Origin: a virus
Reading direction: 5' to 3' (one strand)
DNA: 64,000 nucleotides
Virus record (IMG/VR): IMGVR_UViG_3300032242_000920
Location: 7,789 to 71,788 of that record
Of this stretch, positions 46,979 through 55,750 are shown one piece after another. Under the pieces are notes generated by a model. That model had not been told where the DNA came from. It ran no database searches and was given only the letters and a program-made list of their open reading frames with translations. Position numbers and translations under genes: made by a program. Position 1 is the stretch's first letter. The number at the start of each line of letters is the position of its first letter.

Positions 46979-49495
46979 ATGTCTAAATTCTACACGAACG
47001 CGTTTCAGCGCGGTAATACTATTTTTGTTCGTGGGTATGACAATGGTAAACCATTTGCCCGCAAAGAATACTACAAGCCATATTTGTTTGTTACATCCAA
47101 ACACCAAACTTCTAAGTATAAAACCATCCATGGTGATCTTGTAGATAGGATTGATTTTGATTCTATCTCCGATGCTCGTGAGTTCCAAAACAATTATGAT
47201 GATGTTTCCAACTTTAGGATCTATGGACAGAACAGTTGGACATACAACTATCTATTTGATACATTCCCTGGTGAGATCAAGTATGATCCTGCTACTATTT
47301 CCGTTTGTAGTATTGACATTGAAACAAGAGTTGGTGCTGAGGATATTGCAACCTCTATCCAGACTACACCAAATGAAGTGACGGCTATTACAATTAGTCG
47401 TGCAGGCAAGAAAACTGTTCTTGGTTGTGGCGTGTTCAAGACTGAAGATCCGAACATTCGGTATATCCAATGTCGAGATGAACATCATCTGCTTCAGGCT
47501 TTTCTTGAAGTCTGGGCCTCTGCTGAATATAATCCAGATGTAGTTACTGGTTGGAACGTAGAGTTCTTTGATATTCCATATCTTGTCGGTCGGATTATTA
47601 GGATCCTTGGTGAGGATGCAGCAAATAAACTAAGTCCTTGGGGCATTATTAGGCCGTATGAGGTGGAAATTAAAGGTAAAACTGTCACGTCATATGAACT
47701 TCGTGGTGTGACTGTTCTCGACTATCTTGCACTTTACAAGAAGTTTACTTACTCAAACCAGGAATCATATCGTCTCGACCATATTGCATCAGTAGAACTT
47801 GGTCAAAACAAAATTGACTATCGTGATGAAGGTTATGCAGGTCTTAATGATCTGTATGAACGAAACTTTCAACGATTCATTGAGTATAATATTCATGACG
47901 TGACTCTGGTTGATATGCTAGAGGACAAGATGAAACTCATTGAACTGGTGTTTACTATTGCTTATTTGGCTAAGGTAAACTATACCGATACGTTGGCCTC
48001 GGTGAAGATCTGGGAAGTGATTATTCACAACTATCTAATGGAACAAAATACAGTAGTCAACTCCAATAAAAAGTCAAATACAATGTTGGACTTTGCTGGT
48101 GGCTATGTGAAGGATGTTCAACCTGGTATGCACAAGTGGGTAATGTCACTCGACCTTGACAGTCTCTATCCTCACCTGATTATGCAGTATAATATTTCAC
48201 CAGACACATTTGTAAAACGAGTATCATCATTTTACTCAATTGAAGATCTTCTTGATAAGACTAAACTACTAGATAAACTTGAGCCCGAATACTCACATAC
48301 AGCCAATGGATGTTTGTATCGGAAGGACAAAAAGGGTTTTCTTCCTGCTCTGATGGAAAGCATGTATGCTGACCGATCGGCATTCAAGAAACAAATGCTT
48401 GGTGTCAAGAAGGAATATGAACAAACAAAGAATAAGGAACTTCAGAAGGAAATTGCTCGACTGAATAATCTTCAGATGGCTTTTAAAATTCTTCTAAACT
48501 CTGCTTATGGTGCTTTGGGTAACAGATACTTCCTATGGTTTGATATTAACCACGCTGAGGCAATTACACTATCTGGTCAGTTGTCTATTCGGTGGATTGC
48601 TGATAGAGTAAATGAGTATCTGAATAAACTGTGTGGTACAACTGCAGTTGACTATGTAATTGCATCTGATACCGACTCGATCTATATCACACTTGAAGCA
48701 TTGGTGAATAAAGGTTTGCCCGATAAGTTTGCTGATGATCCTAAATCAGTTGTGGCTTGGATTGACAAAGTCTGTACTCAAAAGATTACACCCTTCATCG
48801 ACACATCATATCGGGATCTTGCTACTCGTATGACAGCATATGATCAAAAGATGCGGATGAAAATGGAATGTATTGCCGATAAAGCAATCTGGACCGCCAA
48901 GAAGCGATACCTCATGAATGTCTGGAATCAGGAAGGTGTTGCATATGACAAGCCCAAACTGAAGATGACAGGCATTGAAGCTGTAAAATCATCTACACCT
49001 CAGTCATGCCGAGAAGCATTAAAAACATCTTTTGAACTTATCATGAATAAGGATGAGGAAACACTTCAAAGATTTATTGCTGACTTCAGAACCAAGTTTA
49101 AACAACTACCTTTTGAACAAATTGCATTTCCCAGAGGTGTGTCCAATATTTCTCAGTATGTAGAAAAAGGTGATGCATATAAGCTTGGGACTCCTATCCA
49201 TGTCAAGGGTAGTATCTTATATAATAATCTAATCAAGAAACACAATCTGATTGGAACTTATGAAACTGTCACTAATGGAGACAAAATCAAATTTGCATAT
49301 CTTAAAAAGCAAAATCCGTATCAGATTAATGTAATCTCTGCTCCGGCCGATCTACCCAAGGCTTTTGACATTGAACCATATATTGATTATGATACTCAGT
49401 TTGAAAAGGCTTTTATTGATCCACTATCAATTATTCTAAACTCAATCGGTTGGAAGGTAGAACAAACAAGTAGTCTTGAAGGCTTCTTTGGCTGA
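46979..49495 (+). CDS. gp43: Family B DNA polymerase gp43
   Basis: ExoI DIET, SLDLDSLYP, KILLNSAYGALGN, SDTDS, C-terminal clamp-binding SLEGFFG. Confidence 0.98.
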   Translation: MSKFYTNAFQRGNTIFVRGYDNGKPFARKEYYKPYLFVTSKHQTSKYKTIHGDLVDRIDFDSISDAREFQNNYDDVSNFRIYGQNSWTYNYLFDTFPGEIKYDPATISVCSIDIETRVGAEDIATSIQTTPNEVTAITISRAGKKTVLGCGVFKTEDPNIRYIQCRDEHHLLQAFLEVWASAEYNPDVVTGWNVEFFDIPYLVGRIIRILGEDAANKLSPWGIIRPYEVEIKGKTVTSYELRGVTVLDYLALYKKFTYSNQESYRLDHIASVELGQNKIDYRDEGYAGLNDLYERNFQRFIEYNIHDVTLVDMLEDKMKLIELVFTIAYLAKVNYTDTLASVKIWEVIIHNYLMEQNTVVNSNKKSNTMLDFAGGYVKDVQPGMHKWVMSLDLDSLYPHLIMQYNISPDTFVKRVSSFYSIEDLLDKTKLLDKLEPEYSHTANGCLYRKDKKGFLPALMESMYADRSAFKKQMLGVKKEYEQTKNKELQKEIARLNNLQMAFKILLNSAYGALGNRYFLWFDINHAEAITLSGQLSIRWIADRVNEYLNKLCGTTAVDYVIASDTDSIYITLEALVNKGLPDKFADDPKSVVAWIDKVCTQKITPFIDTSYRDLATRMTAYDQKMRMKMECIADKAIWTAKKRYLMNVWNQEGVAYDKPKLKMTGIEAVKSSTPQSCREALKTSFELIMNKDEETLQRFIADFRTKFKQLPFEQIAFPRGVSNISQYVEKGDAYKLGTPIHVKGSILYNNLIKKHNLIGTYETVTNGDKIKFAYLKKQNPYQINVISAPADLPKAFDIEPYIDYDTQFEKAFIDPLSIILNSIGWKVEQTSSLEGFFG

Positions 49496-49502
49496 TCCCG
49501 AT

Positions 49503-49531
49503 TTTACATTTACTCATTAATGGTATATACT
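49503..49531 (+). promoter_or_regulatory. Early/middle promoter for uvsX
   Basis: TTTACA-17-TATACT. Confidence 0.65.
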
Positions 49532-49556
49532 CATCAAAGATTATAAGGAGAATAAT

Positions 49557-50627
49557 ATGTCTGCACTACTAGATAAACTCAAGAAAAACTCTACTATTAA
49601 GGATACTGATATCCTAGCTAATTCAAAGTTCTTTAATAAGAAGGACATGATTCCAACTAGTGTTCCTGCAATCAACATTGCATTGTCTGGTAGCCTTGAT
49701 GGTGGACTTATCCCAGGTCTTACTGTCTGGGCTGGTCCGTCTAAGCACTTCAAGACTTCATTTAGTCTCTTGATGGCTAAGGCATACATGGATAAGTATC
49801 CCGATGCCGTTCTTCTGTTTTATGACTCTGAGTTTGGTACTCCTCAGTCGTACTTCGAATCGTTCAAGATCGACACGAGTCGTGTTATCCACACACCCAT
49901 CACCGATATTGAACAGCTAAAGTTTGACTGTATGGCTCAGTTCAAGCAGATTGAACGAGGTGATCGAGTGATTGTTGTAATTGACTCGGTTGGTAATCTT
50001 GCTTCAAAGAAGGAAGTTGATGATGCTCTGAACCAGAACTCGGCCGCAGATATGACTCGTGCAAAGCAAATGAAGTCATTCTTCCGGATGGTGACACCTC
50101 ATCTTACCATTAAGGACATTCCGATGGTTGTTGTGAACCATACATACCAGACACAGGAAATGTATTCTAAGGCTGTTGTGTCTGGTGGTACTGGAATTTA
50201 CTATTCGGCAGACAATATCTTTATCATTGGTCGTCAACAGGAAAAGGATGGCACTGATGTTGTTGGTTATAACTTCATCATCAATGTTGAAAAGTCTCGG
50301 TTTGCTAAGGAAAAGTCAAAGATTCCGGTTGAAGTGACTTGGAAGGACGGTATCAGCAAGTGGTCTGGTCTGCTTGATATGGCACTTGAGTCTGGTCATG
50401 TAATTAAGCCAAAGAACGGTTGGTATCAGAAGGTTGATCTTGAAACTGGTGAAGTTTCTGAGAAAAGCTATCGCGAGAAAGATACATATACCGCTGACTT
50501 CTGGTTGCCTGTTCTCAAGTCTAAGTCGTTTCGTGCCTGGGTTGAAAGTAGATACATGGGTCCACAGGGTAGCATCATGAATGATGAACACAATGTCGAC
50601 CTGGAAGATGAAGATGAATCTGCCTGA
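49557..50627 (+). CDS. uvsX: RecA-like recombinase UvsX
   Basis: AGPSKHFKT, YDSEFG, DSVGNLASKKE, SGGTG.YYSAD. Confidence 0.97.
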   Translation: MSALLDKLKKNSTIKDTDILANSKFFNKKDMIPTSVPAINIALSGSLDGGLIPGLTVWAGPSKHFKTSFSLLMAKAYMDKYPDAVLLFYDSEFGTPQSYFESFKIDTSRVIHTPITDIEQLKFDCMAQFKQIERGDRVIVVIDSVGNLASKKEVDDALNQNSAADMTRAKQMKSFFRMVTPHLTIKDIPMVVVNHTYQTQEMYSKAVVSGGTGIYYSADNIFIIGRQQEKDGTDVVGYNFIINVEKSRFAKEKSKIPVEVTWKDGISKWSGLLDMALESGHVIKPKNGWYQKVDLETGEVSEKSYREKDTYTADFWLPVLKSKSFRAWVESRYMGPQGSIMNDEHNVDLEDEDESA

Positions 50628-50889
50628 TATAATCAATGGTATTTTTGAATCTGTTGGTGTAGTATCTACAATCTTCAATATTCAAAAGATCTTGGTTGAC
50701 AAAACAGTTAAGGGTATCCATATTGGTACTATGTTGTTTTTTGCATCATGGGGCTACTGGAATGTCTACTATTACTGGCACCTCGCTCAATGGTTTTCAT
50801 TGGGCGCAGGAGCTTCACTAGCAATCTGTAATACTATATGGACTCTTTTGGCCATATACTTTATGAGGAACCCACTGAGTGAAAATTGA
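50608..50889 (+). CDS. Three-TM membrane protein, PQ-loop/SemiSWEET-like
   Basis: Helix-IQKILVDKTVKGIH-helix-helix topology; lacks the PQ dipeptide itself. Confidence 0.5.
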   Translation: MKMNLPDIINGIFESVGVVSTIFNIQKILVDKTVKGIHIGTMLFFASWGYWNVYYYWHLAQWFSLGAGASLAICNTIWTLLAIYFMRNPLSEN

Positions 50890-52246
50890 ACAAACAATAA
50901 TCAATAATATCATCTGTTCTGATGAATATGCAAGAAAGGCATTACCTTTTCTTGAGGTAGAGTATTTTCAGTCAAATACAGAGAAGCAACTATTTAAGAT
51001 TATCAATGCTTTTGTTCAGACCTACAATAAGCTTCCAACTAAGGAAGTTTTGGCTGTCTCGGTTGATAAACTGAAAGGTCTGACTGAAGAACAATATAAG
51101 GACATTCGTGATCGTGTTGAAGGTCTTGAAGATCTTAAGCCTGAAAATACAGAATGGATGCTTGAAGAAACTGAAAAGTACTGTCAGGATCGTGCAATCT
51201 ATAATGCAATCATGGATTCAATCCAGATCATTGATGACAAGAAAAAGGATCTTGGTCGTGGTGCAATCCCAGAACTTTTGACTAAGGCCCTATCGGTTTC
51301 ATTTGATACTGACATTGGTCATGATCTTCTTGAAAATGCCGATGCTCGGTATGAGTTCTATCACCGAAACGAAGTAAAGCTTCCTTTTGATATTGATCTA
51401 CTCAATAAAATTACCAAGGGTGGTTTGAATCGTAAGACATTGAACTTGATGCTTGCACCATCTGGTGTTGGTAAGACTGCATTTATGTGTCACTTTGCGG
51501 CATCACATCTTGCTATCGGTAAGAATGTTCTGTATATCTCTATGGAAATGTCTGAGGAACGAATTGCAGAACGAATTGATGCAAATCTTCTTGATGTGAC
51601 TATGGAAGATCTAAGCATCATGCCAAAAGATGTTTACATGAAAAAGATTCAAAATCTTAAAAATAAGGTAATGGGTAAACTTATCATTAAAGAATATCCT
51701 ACATCATCGGCCGGGTCTGCACACTTTCGGCATCTGCTAAATGAACTTCGACTGAAGAAAAACTTCACTGCCGATATTGTTTATGTTGACTATCTAAATA
51801 TCTGTGCATCATCCAAGATGAAGATGGGCAATTCAATCAACAGTTATACTTATATCAAGTCTATTGCAGAGGAACTTCGTGCTCTATCAGTTGAATTTAA
51901 TGTTCCGATTGTATCTGCTACGCAGTCTAACCGAGACGGTTATGACAGCTCAGACATGGATCTTACTAATACTTCCGAATCTATGGGGCTTGTTCACACT
52001 GCTGACTTGATGCTTGGTCTAATCAGTACTGAGGAACTTGAAGGTATGGGTCAGATTATGATCAAGCAGTTGAAGAATCGGTATAATGACCTAAGTACAC
52101 ATCGTCGGTTTGTTGTGGGTATTGATCGGTCAAAGATGAAACTGTTTGATGCCGATAATAAAGCTCAAGAAACAGTACACGAGTCTGGTTTTCAAAAGAC
52201 TCAGGACACCAAAGGCAAAAAAGACTTCAGTGGCATTAGGCTTTAG
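50879..52246 (+). CDS. gp41: Replicative DnaB-like helicase gp41
   Basis: APSGVGKT, SMEMSEE.IAERIDAN, VDYLNI, SATQ.NR, QLKNRY. Confidence 0.97.
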   Translation: MKIEQTIINNIICSDEYARKALPFLEVEYFQSNTEKQLFKIINAFVQTYNKLPTKEVLAVSVDKLKGLTEEQYKDIRDRVEGLEDLKPENTEWMLEETEKYCQDRAIYNAIMDSIQIIDDKKKDLGRGAIPELLTKALSVSFDTDIGHDLLENADARYEFYHRNEVKLPFDIDLLNKITKGGLNRKTLNLMLAPSGVGKTAFMCHFAASHLAIGKNVLYISMEMSEERIAERIDANLLDVTMEDLSIMPKDVYMKKIQNLKNKVMGKLIIKEYPTSSAGSAHFRHLLNELRLKKNFTADIVYVDYLNICASSKMKMGNSINSYTYIKSIAEELRALSVEFNVPIVSATQSNRDGYDSSDMDLTNTSESMGLVHTADLMLGLISTEELEGMGQIMIKQLKNRYNDLSTHRRFVVGIDRSKMKLFDADNKAQETVHESGFQKTQDTKGKKDFSGIRL

Positions 52247-52248
52247 AG

Positions 52249-52277
52249 TTGACATATCTCTATAAATAAGGTACTAT
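52249..52277 (+). promoter_or_regulatory. Composite promoter: TTGACA-17-TACTAT with late TATAAATA (52261-52268) in the spacer
   Basis: Both motifs read directly from sequence. Confidence 0.7.
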
Positions 52278-52287
52278 GGAGAGACTT

Positions 52288-52449
52288 ATGAAAAAAGACT
52301 ATAAAACATTTGCAGCAGAAGGTTTATCTGTACCTTTAGGTTCTACAGGTAAACGAACAACCGTCCCTGTTGACATGGTTGCAATTCGTATGGCTGATGG
52401 CTCTGTTAAGATTAAGCCATCAGGTAAGTCAGGAAGTTCTGGACACTAA
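52288..52449 (+). CDS. 53-aa basic protein, probable capsid-internal protein (IP-like); absent from ORF track
   Basis: MKKDYKTFAAE-GLSVPLGSTGKR...; GGAG SD; late promoter. Confidence 0.65.
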   Translation: MKKDYKTFAAEGLSVPLGSTGKRTTVPVDMVAIRMADGSVKIKPSGKSGSSGH

Positions 52450-52469
52450 CTTAGGATACTATATTATGA

Positions 52470-53189
52470 CTAACTTTTATAACTAAATCCAAATCCTATG
52501 TCAGAAAAGGTCTTACCTATTATACTTTCATTATGATTATTTTTTAGATAATTTGAACTATAATAGCTATTTTTAGTTATAACATCATTACTGTTTTTGC
52601 AATATCTTGCTAGAGTTCTTCCATTAATGTATTGCTTAAATCCATCTCTTTTATTTGTAATTCCAAATGGAGTGATGTAGTTACCAAGAAAATTGACATT
52701 ATTTTCAGTTTTAAAACTTGGTCTTGATCCTCTCATTTTTGATCGACTTACTTCTGTATGTTTCTTACCATAAAAGAAATTTTTATTTCCCTTCTTGGTG
52801 AAAGAATGATATTCAGAATATAGACATTTTATTAATTCATATTGTCTAGAATTTAAAGTTCTTTGTTGTTCAGATGATATTTTACTGAACATACATATAG
52901 CCAATAACATCTTATAATAGTTCTCACCAAATGTAAATTTAGCTAAAAGTCTATGGCAAATATAGTGTTCTTTAGCGGTTAAAAGTACTACATTCCATTT
53001 ATCCTTTCTATACTCAGGAAATATAGATTGAGGTAAAATATGATGAGATTCATAATAGACAAAATTCTCATCACAAATTTTTCGTTTTATTCTATTTTGA
53101 GCTTTAGCTGACTCAATTATCAACTGATAATATTTTAAATATTTATTTTTGATGAATTTATCAGTCGAATAAATATCTTTGCTGGGCAT
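52470..53189 (-). mobile_element. Free-standing HNH homing endonuclease with NUMOD3-like motif (Mob-type)
   Basis: YYESHHILPQS...N.V.LTAKEHYICH.LL; NFFYGKKHTEVSRSKM; very AT-rich, opposite strand. Confidence 0.88.
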
Positions 53190-53255
53190 ATTGGTTCCTC
53201 TCTTTGCCTAGAATCCATGGGTATTCCACTACCGCGATGGATACCTTTATTTATA
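53168..53255 (-). ncRNA. Structured 5' leader of the HNH gene with late promoter TATAAATA (53255-53248)
   Basis: Minus strand reads TATAAATA aaggt ATCCAT cgc GGTA gtggaa TACC c ATGGAT tcta GGCA..gagg..aTGCC cagc aaaga TATTTAT. Confidence 0.5.
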
Positions 53256-53275
53256 TTCTTTTGGAGTTTTATATC

Positions 53276-54103
53276 ATGAGTAAGAATTTAAAAATGGCTA
53301 TCATTGCGCACGGCTTTGTGGGCAAAGCTGTAGACTACGGATTTAATAATCCAGGTGTGATCAAGTTTATTGTTGATCCAAGGTATGAGTACTCAATTGA
53401 AGATCTACCTACTGACATTGATATTACATTCGTGTGTGTTCCCACTCCTATGGGTGAGGATGGAACCATTGATGCTTCAATCATCAACGGTGTTGTAAGT
53501 TACTTGACTACAAATAAGATCGGTGGCTTGATTGTAGTCAAGTCAACCGTGACTCCAGACATTATCAGTTCGTTTGAAGGGATTGTTTACAACCCTGAGT
53601 TTCTTACCGAGAAAAGTGCCAATGAGGATTTTGTGAATCCTATCATGCATGTTTTTGGTGGTGACTTTGAACAAACTAAGGCTGTTGAAAGAATTTATGA
53701 ACAGTATAGTTCTTGTAAGCCTTGCCCAGTGTACCATATGTCAACTGTTGATGCGAGCTTTGTTAAGTACGGCATGAACTCATTCCTTGCTACCAAGGTT
53801 CTTTGGTTCAATCAGTTTTATGATGTGGTGAACCGTAATGGTGGAAACTTCAACAAGATTGTAAGTGCTATTGGTAGTGACAAGCGAATTGGTTCGTCGC
53901 ATACTACAGTACCTGGTTGGGATGGTCGCCGAGGTTTTGGTGGATCCTGCTTCAATAAAGACATTCCCGCATTTGTGCACTACTCTGAACAAAGCATGAC
54001 AGTCCTCCGAGAGGTTTGGAATGTAAACTGTGACTATCGAGCAGAATATGCCGATCTTCTTGATCGTGAAAAAGAACAACACATTTTTTTGAAAAAAATT
54101 TAA
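53276..54103 (+). CDS. UDP-glucose/GDP-mannose dehydrogenase family protein lacking the C-terminal domain
   Basis: IIAHGFVG Rossmann, FVCVPTP, KSTV.P, NPEFL, catalytic GFGGSCF.KD; GGAG SD before ATG 53276. Confidence 0.85.
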   Translation: MSKNLKMAIIAHGFVGKAVDYGFNNPGVIKFIVDPRYEYSIEDLPTDIDITFVCVPTPMGEDGTIDASIINGVVSYLTTNKIGGLIVVKSTVTPDIISSFEGIVYNPEFLTEKSANEDFVNPIMHVFGGDFEQTKAVERIYEQYSSCKPCPVYHMSTVDASFVKYGMNSFLATKVLWFNQFYDVVNRNGGNFNKIVSAIGSDKRIGSSHTTVPGWDGRRGFGGSCFNKDIPAFVHYSEQSMTVLREVWNVNCDYRAEYADLLDREKEQHIFLKKI

Positions 54104-54111
54104 AATAGTTG

Positions 54112-54170
54112 TTTACAAGGCAACACACCTATGATAGAAGAGTTTCATAAGGAAACGAAAGGAACTCTTC
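54112..54170 (+). promoter_or_regulatory. Early promoter TTTACA-17-TAGAAG with inverted repeat GAAGAGTT/AACTCTTC spanning the -10 and RBS
   Basis: Read directly from sequence. Confidence 0.6.
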
Positions 54171-54482
54171 ATGACTGCTTTCACGAAACAGAACCTGGTT
54201 GTCACCGGCGAATACATTCACTATCAGCCCCATGCTGACTCGTTCTGGGAAGATCGCAAGTTTGTCGGCCGCTTCAAGCATCGTGGTCCTGTGACCAAGG
54301 CTAAGTTTATCAAGATGCTGATCAAGCACTACACGGTCGAGGACTACTTTGCTCGCCTGGGTGGTGCTTACAATCCTAAGGGTGAGGCTCCTCTGCAGAT
54401 CCTCATGAACGACGAGATCCTCATCTTTGAAAAGGATGAACTTGGTCGTGGTTACTTCATTCTTGATGGAAAGGTTATCTAA
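54171..54482 (+). CDS. Hypothetical early protein
   Basis: AAGGA SD, own promoter, strong codon bias. Confidence 0.7.
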   Translation: MTAFTKQNLVVTGEYIHYQPHADSFWEDRKFVGRFKHRGPVTKAKFIKMLIKHYTVEDYFARLGGAYNPKGEAPLQILMNDEILIFEKDELGRGYFILDGKVI

Positions 54483-54646
54483 TGGTTAAGGTATATCTTC
54501 TGAACTTTGCTATGTGCATCTACGAAGGTGATAGCATCTACGATGCCATGGATGAGGCTGAGGCCGCAGGCTTTGAAGCAAATGTGACTGTTGAGGGTAG
54601 TAATGATTTGTTTTACAGTCCAATTAGTGGATGGAAAACAGTCTAA
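54482..54646 (+). CDS. Hypothetical early protein (54 aa), absent from ORF track
   Basis: TAATG coupling; MVKVYLLNF...YSPISGWKTV. Confidence 0.65.
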   Translation: MVKVYLLNFAMCIYEGDSIYDAMDEAEAAGFEANVTVEGSNDLFYSPISGWKTV

Positions 54647-54656
54647 ACTTAATTGA

Positions 54657-54707
54657 TTGACATATCTCCTCAGTTGGTATAGAACTAATCTATCAACTGA
54701 GGAGATA
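54657..54707 (+). promoter_or_regulatory. Early promoter TTGACA-17-TAGAAC whose spacer is the reverse complement of the downstream RBS
   Basis: TATCTCCTCAGTTG (54663-54676) pairs with CAACTGAGGAGATA (54694-54707). Confidence 0.8.
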
Positions 54708-54711
54708 CCAA

Positions 54712-54882
54712 ATGACTGAATCTTGCGAAATCAACTATACCGCTTTTAATTATATTCTTGCAAAACTGTCACTCTCCGCTCCTTCTGAAACTCTCCGTCT
54801 TCTCGCACTTGAACTTCAGGTCGAACTTAATACCGTTCTTTCCTCTGAAAATTCTGACATACTTGTCGATCTTTTTGATTGA
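54712..54882 (+). CDS. Hypothetical early protein (56 aa), absent from ORF track
   Basis: GAGGAG SD; MTESCEINY...DLFD; the TGA stop lies inside the next TTGACA. Confidence 0.65.
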   Translation: MTESCEINYTAFNYILAKLSLSAPSETLRLLALELQVELNTVLSSENSDILVDLFD

Positions 54883-54927
54883 CATTTTTCCAAAAATAGA
54901 TTAGACTAATCTATCAACTGAGGAGAT
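54879..54927 (+). promoter_or_regulatory. Early promoter TTGACA-17-TAGACT with a 23-bp leader identical to 54684-54706
   Basis: ACTAATCTATCAACTGAGGAGAT at 54684-54706 and 54905-54927. Confidence 0.78.
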
Positions 54928-54932
54928 TCACT

Positions 54933-55139
54933 ATGAAGTTTGTCGGATATTGTCTGATCGTTGTTGGTTTTCTTCTGTTTATCGGATTTGCTGGCAATGA
55001 CGACTATTGGGAAGCATGTCACCGTGCAGTCGATTGTGTCGCTGGTGATCCACCTACATTCATGAGTCAGGCTATTCAATTTGTCATTGGTGTTCTGTTG
55101 ATGTTGATTGGTACCGCTGCTATATCTGCCGACAACTGA
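54933..55139 (+). CDS. Two-TM early membrane protein
   Basis: Two hydrophobic helices flanking a loop with two Cys. Confidence 0.7.
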   Translation: MKFVGYCLIVVGFLLFIGFAGNDDYWEACHRAVDCVAGDPPTFMSQAIQFVIGVLLMLIGTAAISADN

Positions 55140-55149
55140 AGGTTTTACT

Positions 55150-55554
55150 ATGACAATGCATCTTCTTGGTCCTGCGTTGACCACTATAAACACAACAAAG
55201 AAAAAGACCAAACTCAGTGAGCATACTTACAATAAGTATTGTCAGGATTGGTTAGCATATAACAAGCAAGCAAAAAGGCTTGGAACCAAGACCAAGACCT
55301 TTGATGAGTATCTGGCATATCGGCAAGGTAAACTTAAACCGAAACTTAAAGGTGTTGCCATGCCGGAGTATAAAATCTCGAAGCACCGCGAATTGTATCC
55401 CTCACAGGCCGAAATTGGTGTTGCCTTCGCAAAGAAACCTAATGCTTATACCGGCGACAAACTGCTTGGTATTGCTACAATGCACAAAAGCAATATGGTA
55501 CCTGTATTCAGCCAAAGTGATGCTGAAGAAATTTCTCGTATGCGAAGGTGTTAA
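55150..55554 (+). CDS. Conserved T4-like hypothetical protein
   Basis: C-terminal YTGDKLLGIATMHKSNMVPVF...EISRMRR motif; ATG 55150. Confidence 0.75.
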   Translation: MTMHLLGPALTTINTTKKKTKLSEHTYNKYCQDWLAYNKQAKRLGTKTKTFDEYLAYRQGKLKPKLKGVAMPEYKISKHRELYPSQAEIGVAFAKKPNAYTGDKLLGIATMHKSNMVPVFSQSDAEEISRMRRC

Positions 55555-55555
55555 T

Positions 55556-55750
55556 ATGGCTATAATGACGTTCAGAGAATACAATGACTTTGATAAGTTT
55601 TGTGAGAATAAAAAGTTTCAAAGAAATGTAAGCTACTATGATCCTCAGAAAGGCTGGATTTTAGATTTGGATCATAAGATAAATAATCTAGAGTCCAACC
55701 CACAGGAGTTCAACAATGATCACACTGAACAACCAACAGAAAGAAATTAA
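55556..55750 (+). CDS. Hypothetical protein
   Basis: ATG 55556 after AAGGTG; the ORF-track start at 55280 overlaps a real gene. Confidence 0.45.
   Translation: MAIMTFREYNDFDKFCENKKFQRNVSYYDPQKGWILDLDHKINNLESNPQEFNNDHTEQPTERN

Noticed and set aside
21079-52246. Introns or inteins in gp17, gp20, gp23, gp43, uvsX, gp41
   Set aside because: All are uninterrupted and of normal length for T4-like homologs.
53204-53275. ORF-track N-terminal extension of the dehydrogenase (similar over-extensions at 5032, 28641, 34358, 55280, 57865)
   Set aside because: Better ATG starts with SD lie downstream, and the extensions overlap regulatory elements or upstream genes.
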